Origin: a virus
Taxonomy: Duplodnaviria; Caudoviricetes
Length of the DNA: 34,008 nt
Strand: one strand, 5' to 3'
Virus record (IMG/VR): IMGVR_UViG_3300032332_000464
Span: 1 to 34,008 of that record
Part shown: piece after piece, positions 27,205-34,008 of the stretch
Layout of the letters: each line of letters starts with the position of its first letter
Position numbering within the stretch: the first letter of the stretch is position 1
Notes under the pieces: model-generated
What the model saw: the letters and a program-made list of their open reading frames with translations, nothing else
Database searches by the model: none
What the model was told of the DNA's origin: nothing
Position numbers and translations under genes: made by a program

Positions 27205-27491
27205 AATCCAAAAATAAATCATGGGCAAAAATAGGATTCAAAGGGGAGTGGGCTCAGACACTCCATAAGTTTCTTTCCAAACAACAAGATGATCTTCCTC
27301 CTGGCTGGCTCACAGCAGACAGCGCCTTGAAAAAGATGGGGCTGAGTGGTGCAGTGTGTAGCCAAAGAAATAAACTGCTGAAGAGAATGTGTGATGATGG
27401 CTTTATAGAGAAAAAGGACTTCAGAATTTTTGATAGTTCTGGCAGAAGAATTACCCCAATCACTCACTATAAATTAATCAAGTCTTCCTAA
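27201..27491 (+). CDS. Hypothetical basic protein, possible winged HTH
   Basis: ATGA-coupled start at 27201; PPGWLTA...LKRMCDDGFIEKKDFR. Confidence 0.6.
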   Translation: MKSKNKSWAKIGFKGEWAQTLHKFLSKQQDDLPPGWLTADSALKKMGLSGAVCSQRNKLLKRMCDDGFIEKKDFRIFDSSGRRITPITHYKLIKSS

Positions 27492-27530
27492 GTCACTAAT
27501 GGTCAATGCAATCCTCCTAAAGAAAAACCA

Positions 27531-27558
27531 TTGACAAACCCTCAACATGTGTTAAGTT
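27531..27558 (+). promoter_or_regulatory. Sigma70-type early promoter
   Basis: TTGACA (27531)-16 nt-TAAGTT (27553) with extended TGn; ATG at 27565 lies at expected +1. Confidence 0.7.
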
Positions 27559-27564
27559 GTGGGT

Positions 27565-27765
27565 ATGCAAACAAATACAACCAACACCAAAGTTGCCCAG
27601 GTGCAAGAGGGCAAACTGATAGTCAATCGTAAAAGCAAGTGGGGCGTGACCGGATACGTACAGCGTGGCAATCGCAAAAGCAATATTGGATGGGTGGATA
27701 TTGATCACGCCAAGCAAGAGGCAACCATTTGGAATGTTGAATTTATAAACAGATTAAAATTTTAA
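27565..27765 (+). CDS. Small early hypothetical protein (probably leaderless)
   Basis: MQTNTTNTK..., directly after promoter. Confidence 0.6.
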   Translation: MQTNTTNTKVAQVQEGKLIVNRKSKWGVTGYVQRGNRKSNIGWVDIDHAKQEATIWNVEFINRLKF

Positions 27766-27797
27766 CCCAACCCCCAACCAAGAAAGAAATAAATCCT

Positions 27798-28031
27798 ATG
27801 GAAATAATTGACCAGCCAGAGTTCCAGCCAGAGTTTTATAAGGTGCAAGCAATCGTTCCAAAGCAATTAAAAGTATCCAGGCATGGAATATCTAAGACCA
27901 AGGGTGGTGCAGTTGCTGGGGAATCTCTGTGCTGGCTACACTGGAAAGACACAGAGATTTACAATGAAGAAGCAAGGATAAAAGAAGAATACCCAGATTG
28001 CGAAATCCAAGTTGTTTGGAAAATGGAATAA
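27798..28031 (+). CDS. Small early hypothetical protein
   Basis: Preceded by ACCAAGAAAG leader and AAATCCT. Confidence 0.7.
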   Translation: MEIIDQPEFQPEFYKVQAIVPKQLKVSRHGISKTKGGAVAGESLCWLHWKDTEIYNEEARIKEEYPDCEIQVVWKME

Positions 28032-28050
28032 CCAAGAAAGGAATACAAAC

Positions 28051-28446
28051 ATGAGCAACCTAGTAAGATTTGAAGAAACCAATAAAAACATTGTGGAGAC
28101 CCCTCATAATCTTGGAGTCCAAGATGCAAAGGGCAGAGAGATAGGAGCCATCATTAAAACCTATATAACCACCAGGGTTGAGGTTCCTGGTGATTCTTGT
28201 GGGATGATGTGTGATAAGAAATATATTGGAACCCATTTCACCTACAGGGTTCATGCAACTCGCAACAATGTAAAGTATGGTGCAACCCAGTATGAGGTGT
28301 TCTGCAAGACCTATGGAGAACGCCAGGAGAAGATTGAAAAATACCTAAGAGATGCCAGGAAGAGGGCATTGAATAACCTTGCTAAACAAATTGGAGGCAC
28401 ATGGGTCAAGGCTGGAGCAAATGAATATGCCCAGCCCATCAACTAA
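28051..28446 (+). CDS. Early hypothetical protein
   Basis: ATG 28051 after ACCAAGAAAGGAATACAAAC. Confidence 0.75.
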   Translation: MSNLVRFEETNKNIVETPHNLGVQDAKGREIGAIIKTYITTRVEVPGDSCGMMCDKKYIGTHFTYRVHATRNNVKYGATQYEVFCKTYGERQEKIEKYLRDARKRALNNLAKQIGGTWVKAGANEYAQPIN

Positions 28447-28471
28447 ACCAACCAAGAAAGGAACACATACA

Positions 28472-28666
28472 ATGATAACTAAAAGACAAATCAAAGAGTT
28501 GCTTGAGGAAGCAAAAGTAGAGGTCAAGAGAACTATTGACTATGTAACAGAAATGGAGGGAGGAGTCTCTTGCTCCATGAGCTACGATGCTGGATACTAT
28601 GAGGGGCAAAAAGACCTGCTTGAAATGCTTCTTAAACTAAAAAAAGTTAAGTATATTATTAACTAA
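28472..28666 (+). CDS. Early hypothetical protein
   Basis: ATG 28472 after ACCAAGAAAGGAACACATACA; YDAGYYEG motif. Confidence 0.72.
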   Translation: MITKRQIKELLEEAKVEVKRTIDYVTEMEGGVSCSMSYDAGYYEGQKDLLEMLLKLKKVKYIIN

Positions 28667-28673
28667 AAAGTCA

Positions 28674-28701
28674 TTGACACATTAACCACAAACCTTAAAA
28701 C
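28674..28701 (+). promoter_or_regulatory. Possible sigma70-type promoter
   Basis: TTGACA (28674)-16 nt-TAAAAC; weak -10. Confidence 0.4.
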
Positions 28702-28716
28702 AAGAAAGGAATACAA

Positions 28717-28806
28717 ATGAATATATTAAAAGCATACATCTTTATTACGCTTGGAATGTTAATTGGCATGGGGGTTTATTCCTGGATTGAGTTTTTGTCC
28801 AAATGA
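28717..28806 (+). CDS. 29-aa membrane peptide (not in ORF track)
   Basis: MNILKAYIFITLGMLIGMGVYSWIEFLSK; AAGAAAGGA leader, ATGA overlap downstream. Confidence 0.7.
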   Translation: MNILKAYIFITLGMLIGMGVYSWIEFLSK

Positions 28807-29027
28807 TTATTGCAATTATCATTGGCATCTGCTCCATCTGCTTTGCTGTTCTGATGAATAGAATAGGCAATGCCATCCAGCAACAGGAGCAACACAGGGA
28901 AAAGTTTGCCATGCTTGTTGCCCAGGAACTGCATAGGCTTGACCTGGAAATCAAGCACAACAACAAGATGATTGCCCAGGCAGAGGCTATGCTTGAGCCA
29001 GAACCCAAGTGGTGGGGTAGGAACTAA
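28803..29027 (+). CDS. Small membrane-anchored coiled-coil protein
   Basis: N-terminal hydrophobic helix, ATGA coupling. Confidence 0.65.
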   Translation: MIIAIIIGICSICFAVLMNRIGNAIQQQEQHREKFAMLVAQELHRLDLEIKHNNKMIAQAEAMLEPEPKWWGRN

Positions 29028-29034
29028 GTTCTAA

Positions 29035-29400
29035 ATGAAATCCTCCAAAGCAAACAAGAAGTTTGAATTTATGTGGAGGATAATTCATGGCCAAGAACTT
29101 GTTGCAGAATATAAGTTCCATCCAACAAGGAAATGGAGGTTTGATTACTTCCACAAGTCTGGTGTGGCCATTGAGCTTGAGGGTGGTGTCTATACAGGTG
29201 GACGGCATACCAGGGGAGCAGGGTTCCTTAAAGATATGGAGAAGTATAATGAGGCCGCAAGCAGGGGCATCCTGGTATTCAGAGTTCCCTCACATTCCAT
29301 AACTTCTGAATGGCTCAAGCCCATCCAGGCAACCATCAGCAAGGGTGGTTCCATGGCATACAATGTTTTACTAAACAAAATAAAGGAGACAATAAAATGA
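29035..29400 (+). CDS. PD-(D/E)XK endonuclease (Vsr/DUF559-like)
   Basis: EYKFHPTRKWRFDY...VAIELEGG...GRHTRG.GF.KDMEKYN. Confidence 0.85.
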   Translation: MKSSKANKKFEFMWRIIHGQELVAEYKFHPTRKWRFDYFHKSGVAIELEGGVYTGGRHTRGAGFLKDMEKYNEAASRGILVFRVPSHSITSEWLKPIQATISKGGSMAYNVLLNKIKETIK

Positions 29401-29627
29401 GTGAAGAACTACCAACATTCTGGCATGAGGAGCCAGCCAATAAAAAGTTACCAGGTGAAACCACAGATGAATGGGTTGTAAGATTGTTTGGTGCTTTCCA
29501 AGATACTGAGTTTGATTCCAGAAATGATTTTAGAAGTTTGAATTTACCAGCAATTGGAAGCAGAGAAGATAGGGAATCCCTTGGTGATAATGTTTATAGT
29601 GAACAACCAATAAGGAAAATTTTATGA
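29397..29627 (+). CDS. Hypothetical protein
   Basis: ATG 29397 after AAGGAG, ATGA overlaps at both ends. Confidence 0.7.
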   Translation: MSEELPTFWHEEPANKKLPGETTDEWVVRLFGAFQDTEFDSRNDFRSLNLPAIGSREDRESLGDNVYSEQPIRKIL

Positions 29628-29851
29628 GTGCATATTATGATGATAAGCATAATGCCACCCAAGCAGACTCTTGGAAGAAGGCAGAATCTGATGAGCAGAT
29701 TATGCAATCCAGGGCAGATGATTGGTGGGTTAAGAAAAACTTTGGAGAGAAAATAAAGATCACTGGGAATCTTGTTTTTGCCAGAACGCCAGAGGATTTC
29801 CACAAGGAGATCGCTAGGCAAAACAAAAGAATAGCCGAGGGGCTACAATAA
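29624..29851 (+). CDS. Hypothetical protein
   Basis: ATGA-coupled 75-aa ORF. Confidence 0.65.
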   Translation: MSAYYDDKHNATQADSWKKAESDEQIMQSRADDWWVKKNFGEKIKITGNLVFARTPEDFHKEIARQNKRIAEGLQ

Positions 29852-29866
29852 AGGAGAAACAGCCAA

Positions 29867-30685
29867 ATGAACGAACTAGCAGTAACTACTGGGAATGGAG
29901 TGCAGAACTATATGCGACAAGCTACGGATGTAGCTGGCGTGTGTAGGGAGATTGTAAGTGCTACAGCACAAAAGATTGGAACCAATAGATATGTGAGAGT
30001 GGAGGGCTGGCAATCCATAGCTGTTGCACATGGATGTGTAGCATCAGCAAGAGATGTTGAAAAACTAGAGGATGGATACAGGTGCATCGGTGAGGTCAAG
30101 AGAATGGACAATGGCCAGGTTATATCCAGTGCAGAAGGATTCCTGGGCAATGATGAGCCCATGTGGGCAAATCGTCCCACCTATGCCAAAAGGGCTATGT
30201 GCCAGACCAGGGCAATCAGCAGGGCTTGTCGTTCTGCCTTTGCCCACATTGTGGTGCTGATAGACAAGAGCCTCTCAACCACGCCAGCCGAAGAGGTTCC
30301 CCATGGAGGCTTTGATGATATAAACACAGACAAGTATGAAAAGCCAATTAAGGTGGACACGGTTAAGTCAGATGCAATTAGCAAGGCAGACCTAGCAGAC
30401 ATAACCAACAAGCTTAATGCTGTTGTGGTTAAGGCCAATGGTGGTGAGCCCAGGGACATGGAGTTAAAGTTTGGCAAGCATAAGGGCTCAACCCTGAGAG
30501 AGATTGCCGCCTTTGGCAACAAGGGCTTGGACTATCTTGAGTGGTTGAGCAAGCAAGACCTAAAGCCTGGAGCAGATGGCAAACCATATAAGAACGACAT
30601 CATCAGAAATGAAATCATAGCAGAGATTCTCATGGAGGCAGATTCCATTGCGAAAGGAAATCCCAATGACGAAATTCCTTTTTAA
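29867..30685 (+). CDS. Putative single-strand annealing recombinase with DUF3820-like domain and SSB-like tail
   Basis: YVRVEGWQ...SAEG...RAMCQTRAISRACR core; LKFGKHKGSTLREI...DYLEWL; ends NDEIPF. Confidence 0.65.
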   Translation: MNELAVTTGNGVQNYMRQATDVAGVCREIVSATAQKIGTNRYVRVEGWQSIAVAHGCVASARDVEKLEDGYRCIGEVKRMDNGQVISSAEGFLGNDEPMWANRPTYAKRAMCQTRAISRACRSAFAHIVVLIDKSLSTTPAEEVPHGGFDDINTDKYEKPIKVDTVKSDAISKADLADITNKLNAVVVKANGGEPRDMELKFGKHKGSTLREIAAFGNKGLDYLEWLSKQDLKPGADGKPYKNDIIRNEIIAEILMEADSIAKGNPNDEIPF

Positions 30686-30890
30686 TGCTACAGAGTCTAT
30701 TGGCTCCCAGATGCTAGGGGAAATCCCAAACATTCTGAGAGAGAACTTTGCAAAGGTATCAGAGGTTGAGCGTAATCGTTGTGCTGAACTTGTGCAACAG
30801 CTTGCCGACTCTGCTGAAGATCAAGTCATTAAGGATGTCTTGAATGATGTGGTTGTTGCCATAAGGAGATTGCAAAATGTACGCTATTGA
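30666..30890 (+). CDS. Hypothetical protein
   Basis: ATG 30666 after AAAGGA; ERNRCAELV...AIRRL phage-type motif. Confidence 0.65.
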   Translation: MTKFLFNATESIGSQMLGEIPNILRENFAKVSEVERNRCAELVQQLADSAEDQVIKDVLNDVVVAIRRLQNVRY

Positions 30891-31101
30891 TGTGGAGGTT
30901 CCACAAAGAAAATGGTCAATGCTCGAATGGCATAACCCAAAAAAGGAGAAGCCTAAAAAAGATGAGAGAGTTCTTATGGATTGTGGCAGTGTGGTTCATA
31001 GCGGGCGTTATGTCGATGCTCGGTTTATTTGTGCTATTGGTGAGATTCCTCAAAAGGACATTCAGCTCTGGTCAAGCTGGCCGAAAGCACCCAAATGGTA
31101 A
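30877..31101 (+). CDS. Small DUF551-like hypothetical protein
   Basis: EWHNPKKEKPKKDERVL...LWSSWPKAP pattern. Confidence 0.6.
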   Translation: MYAIDVEVPQRKWSMLEWHNPKKEKPKKDERVLMDCGSVVHSGRYVDARFICAIGEIPQKDIQLWSSWPKAPKW

Positions 31102-31247
31102 CTTTCCTTTTGTCCATCGTGAAAGTTTTGTGGGACTTATTCATAATCGGTTTAGGTTGCTTGAGCATCTATCTCACAATCATATTTCTGAGCGAGGTAT
31201 TGTGGGATTTAGCAAAAGACACAATAGAAAGGATTAAAAAGAAATGA
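31095..31247 (+). CDS. 50-aa membrane protein (not in ORF track)
   Basis: MVTFLLSIVKVLWDLFIIGLGCLSIYLTIIFLSEVLWDLAKDTIERIKKK; ATGA overlap with 31244. Confidence 0.6.
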   Translation: MVTFLLSIVKVLWDLFIIGLGCLSIYLTIIFLSEVLWDLAKDTIERIKKK

Positions 31248-31450
31248 GTGTAAAAAGATTAAAGCTTGTTGATGAGTTTCATGCAATTGTCTCCAAAAGA
31301 TTAAAGGAGTTATTTAAGGACTTCGACCATGCAAAGCGGGAGAATTACAAGGACATCATCAGCCACCTGGACTATAGTCATCGTATCACTAAAGAGCTAT
31401 TGGACAGGGCTAAGAAATATCAGAAGATTGCCCTGGAGGCCAGGAAATGA
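31244..31450 (+). CDS. Hypothetical protein
   Basis: ATGA-coupled at both ends. Confidence 0.65.
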   Translation: MSVKRLKLVDEFHAIVSKRLKELFKDFDHAKRENYKDIISHLDYSHRITKELLDRAKKYQKIALEARK

Positions 31451-32199
31451 GCAAAGATAGTTTCTGGTTTCCATTTGAGCCCAACAGGTGGCTTTCCAAT
31501 GAGAAGCTTTCGCTGGTTAGCCTGGAAGCCAGGGGGCTTTGGATTCACCTGGTATGCCTAATGTATAAGGCTAATAACAATGGAAGCCTTGTGATTGGTG
31601 GTAACATCCCAACCAAAGAACAGATAAGCAGAATGGTTGGCCAGGAGTCTGGGCATCTGGTTGATGAGCTACAAAAGGCTGGTGTCTTTGAGCTTAAAGA
31701 TGGAGCTATTCACCATCAAGGAGTTGCACAAGGATTGAATAAAATCAACTCAAAGATGGAGGCTTACAGACGCAGAGATGCGGCAAAGATGGATGATCTA
31801 TCAACCAAAGATGAGCCATCTATTGAGCAAAGATGGGGGGAGAATAAGAATAAGAGTAAGAATAAGATAATACATATAGAAAGGGCGATACGCCCTAGTC
31901 TTTTGGAATGGTGTGAATATGCGACTTCAATTGGATGGTTTGGAGATTCAGTTGAGGGAGCTTATGACCATTACCAATCCAATGGATGGAAGGTTGGAGG
32001 CAAAGGCCATGTAAAGGATTGGCAAGCCGCCGCCAGGAACTGCTTCAGAAGAAACAAAACAACACACCAAACAAAAGGAACACAACCAATGAAACCAAAA
32101 CCACAATACAAATCGTCTTGTGAATCAGCACCACTATATAGGGTAATGGGATTCTCAAGCTTCAATGAATGGCAGAAAGCTGGAGCCCCAACATCATGA
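31447..32199 (+). CDS. Replication initiator (lambda O / DnaD-like architecture)
   Basis: WFPFEPNRWL...SLEARGLWIHLVCLM N-domain; low-complexity ENKNKSKNK linker; YDHYQSNGWKVG...KDWQAAARN C-domain. Confidence 0.8.
   Translation: MSKDSFWFPFEPNRWLSNEKLSLVSLEARGLWIHLVCLMYKANNNGSLVIGGNIPTKEQISRMVGQESGHLVDELQKAGVFELKDGAIHHQGVAQGLNKINSKMEAYRRRDAAKMDDLSTKDEPSIEQRWGENKNKSKNKIIHIERAIRPSLLEWCEYATSIGWFGDSVEGAYDHYQSNGWKVGGKGHVKDWQAAARNCFRRNKTTHQTKGTQPMKPKPQYKSSCESAPLYRVMGFSSFNEWQKAGAPTS
31751..31870 (+). repeat. Iteron-like origin of replication inside initiator gene
   Basis: CA(A/G)AGATG at 31751, 31773, 31784, 31806, 31828 (multiples of 11 bp), inverted-like copy at 31817, then AAGAAT hexamer run. Confidence 0.7.
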
Positions 32200-32630
32200 A
32201 TGACCTACACCTAGCACTACCAGCAACTATCTATAGGGTTGGTGAGCTTGAGAAGAAGCTTGAGCAACTCATGCTTAAAATTGATACGCACAACCAGACC
32301 ATTGGGGTTCAGATTAACCAAATCAAATCCTGTATGGTTCTAAAACATTCAGTGCCAAATGAGGCTGGGAACATTGCCAATATCATAGTTCCAGAAGAAC
32401 TCGCATATTCCAAAGGCAAGAAGTTCAAGAAGGGCAAGACAATATGCAGGGCAACAGCAAACAAAAAGACAGAGGTTGTTGCAAGACGCTGGGCATTATG
32501 GAAAGACCAATACAATGCTGGCATACCAGCCGCAGTGATTGCCAGGGCTTGGGGTTGTGACCATAGCACAATCCTTAATGCTAGGGACATGAACTGGCAG
32601 AACTACAAACTTAAAGGCTCAAAGTCATGA
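32196..32630 (+). CDS. HTH protein with DnaA domain IV-like C-terminus
   Basis: IARAWGCDHSTILNA resembles the DHSTV helix motif; N-terminal coiled coil. Confidence 0.6.
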   Translation: MNDLHLALPATIYRVGELEKKLEQLMLKIDTHNQTIGVQINQIKSCMVLKHSVPNEAGNIANIIVPEELAYSKGKKFKKGKTICRATANKKTEVVARRWALWKDQYNAGIPAAVIARAWGCDHSTILNARDMNWQNYKLKGSKS

Positions 32631-32902
32631 GCTACCATTACGCCTCTCAATTAACCATGGACTTTATTGAGCCCACACAAACACACCACCCAATCAAGGC
32701 AATAGGTTCCAAGCAGTGCCAGCAGGTGTTGTCACACTTGCAGAGTGGCAAGCCCATCACATCCCTGGAGGCACTGAAGCTTTATGGGATTTTTAGGCTG
32801 GCAAGCAGAATCCATGACCTTAAAAAGAATGGTATTGCAATCAAGAGCAGAGATGTGGAGACTGAGACAGGAAAGAAGGTGAGCCAATATTATGTTGATT
32901 AA
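32627..32902 (+). CDS. Winged helix-turn-helix protein
   Basis: VLSHLQSGKPITSLEALKLYGIFRLASRIHDLKKNG. Confidence 0.8.
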   Translation: MSYHYASQLTMDFIEPTQTHHPIKAIGSKQCQQVLSHLQSGKPITSLEALKLYGIFRLASRIHDLKKNGIAIKSRDVETETGKKVSQYYVD

Positions 32903-33089
32903 AGACCTACCAAGCACCAGGAAAGAGGTTGTTCTGTTCAAGATACAGGTTCAAGACCTGCTATGTTGGAAGGAACTGCCAAAGGCTTACTCAACACTTG
33001 CAAATGCAATGGCCAATGTTCCAGAGAAGCCAGCAAGAATCATGAAGAGGTCGGACAAGGGTTGGAAAATTGCCTGGAGCAACAAATGA
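32892..33089 (+). CDS. Hypothetical protein
   Basis: 65 aa, overlaps both neighbours. Confidence 0.55.
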   Translation: MLIKDLPSTRKEVVLFKIQVQDLLCWKELPKAYSTLANAMANVPEKPARIMKRSDKGWKIAWSNK

Positions 33090-33832
33090 ACATAGCCCTA
33101 ATGACTTCAGACAAGCTTATTGGCTTGGTGTCTGGCATGATGCAAGACCAACCCAAAGCAGAAAGGCTTTGCTGGGATATGACCAGGCACTACAGGGAAA
33201 GAAGCATTGAGCAAACAGACTTTGAAAAGGCATGGCATCAGTCTGTTTCAAATGGGATGCCAGACTATTCAATATATGATGGTGAAAGGTATGTCCCAGA
33301 AGCAACAGCCTGTTATCTTGTTTATGCCAAAAGATATATAAGGACATCTGCAAAATTCATTGAGGGCAAATGGGCTGTTAATGAAATATGGGATTTGGGC
33401 TGTGGCATTGGAGCATCGACTGCACTACTCAAACTCATTTTCCCTGGAGCCAATGTGTTTGGAACACAACTGCCATCAGACCAGAGGAGAGTAGCTGAAG
33501 AGTTATCAAAGACTCATGGCTTTCAAATAGCAGACTCAATGAAAAGCAGTGGTGATGCTGTTGTGTTCATGCTTGATTATCTTGAGCATTTTGAATGCCC
33601 AACAGACCACCTGGAAACAATCATTGCCCAAAAGCCAAAACTACTTGTAATGGCCAATTCATTTGGAGCAACTGCGGTTGGCCATTTCCCTAATTATAAA
33701 ATTGGTTCTGAGAAATATCCAAACAAAGAAACAGGAAGAGCCTTCAGCAAGTGGCTTAAATGCAAAGGGTATAAAAAGGTTGAAACAGGATTCTATAATA
33801 ACAGGCCAGCAATCTGGGAGAGGGCTGAATGA
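33086..33832 (+). CDS. Class I SAM-dependent methyltransferase
   Basis: IWDLGCGIGAS motif I, DYLEHFECP; ATGA-coupled start 33086. Confidence 0.8.
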   Translation: MNIALMTSDKLIGLVSGMMQDQPKAERLCWDMTRHYRERSIEQTDFEKAWHQSVSNGMPDYSIYDGERYVPEATACYLVYAKRYIRTSAKFIEGKWAVNEIWDLGCGIGASTALLKLIFPGANVFGTQLPSDQRRVAEELSKTHGFQIADSMKSSGDAVVFMLDYLEHFECPTDHLETIIAQKPKLLVMANSFGATAVGHFPNYKIGSEKYPNKETGRAFSKWLKCKGYKKVETGFYNNRPAIWERAE

Positions 33833-34008
33833 ACATTGCAAAACAGGCCAGCCTTTTTGGTGCAGAACTTGAGCTAGACCAGGATGATTCAAAATACTCC
33901 ACAAAGGTTGAGGTTCCTGTTTATAAGCCAAGCGAAAAGAAGCCACACCTACTGGAGCTTGTGGACATTTCAAAATCCAACAGCCTCATCAGAGAGGTTC
34001 TTGCATCA
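33829..34008 (+). CDS. Partial ORF running off the window end
   Basis: MNIAKQASLFGAELELDQDDSKYSTKVEVPVYKPSEKKPHLLELVDISKSNSLIREVLAS..., no stop; ATGA-coupled. Confidence 0.7.
   Translation, partial: MNIAKQASLFGAELELDQDDSKYSTKVEVPVYKPSEKKPHLLELVDISKSNSLIREVLAS

Noticed and set aside
27765-28716. Repeated ACCAAGAAAGG as CRISPR-like array
   Set aside because: Repeats are ~10 bp, irregularly spaced and separated by whole ORFs; they are gene leaders
30887-31237. 116-aa ORF with hydrophobic stretch
   Set aside because: Region is better tiled by 30877-31101 and 31095-31247, which have phage-type motifs and coupled overlaps
1-34008. Alternative genetic code
   Set aside because: Standard code gives intact, densely tiled genes using all three stops

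Overview
A near-complete tailed dsDNA phage genome (lambda-type head, probably a short non-contractile tail). Every credible gene is on the + strand. Order: ParB-like gene, terminase small, HNH, terminase large (GpA-type), gpW-like adaptor, an unusually long portal (1150 aa), protease/scaffold, decoration protein and major capsid protein. A six-gene glycosyltransferase/methyltransferase block follows, then neck and tail genes (including a -1 frameshift chaperone), a holin/spanin/M15 endolysin lysis cassette (implying a diderm host), a nucleotide-processing pair, small early genes and a recombination/replication region with an iteron-like origin. The last ORF is cut by the window end. No integrase, repressor, tRNA or CRISPR array was seen. 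The most interesting signals are: (1) a portal protein carrying a string of extra modules ending in an HExxH metallopeptidase, like a virion-delivered polymorphic-toxin polyprotein; (2) TTGACA sitting only 13-16 nt before the start codons of seven late genes, too close for a sigma70 -35 box; (3) a GAAATCCT-ATG motif after the abundant structural genes; (4) a candidate virion-glycosylation cluster; (5) strong avoidance of GCWGC. All family assignments come from motif recognition by eye, not from database searches.
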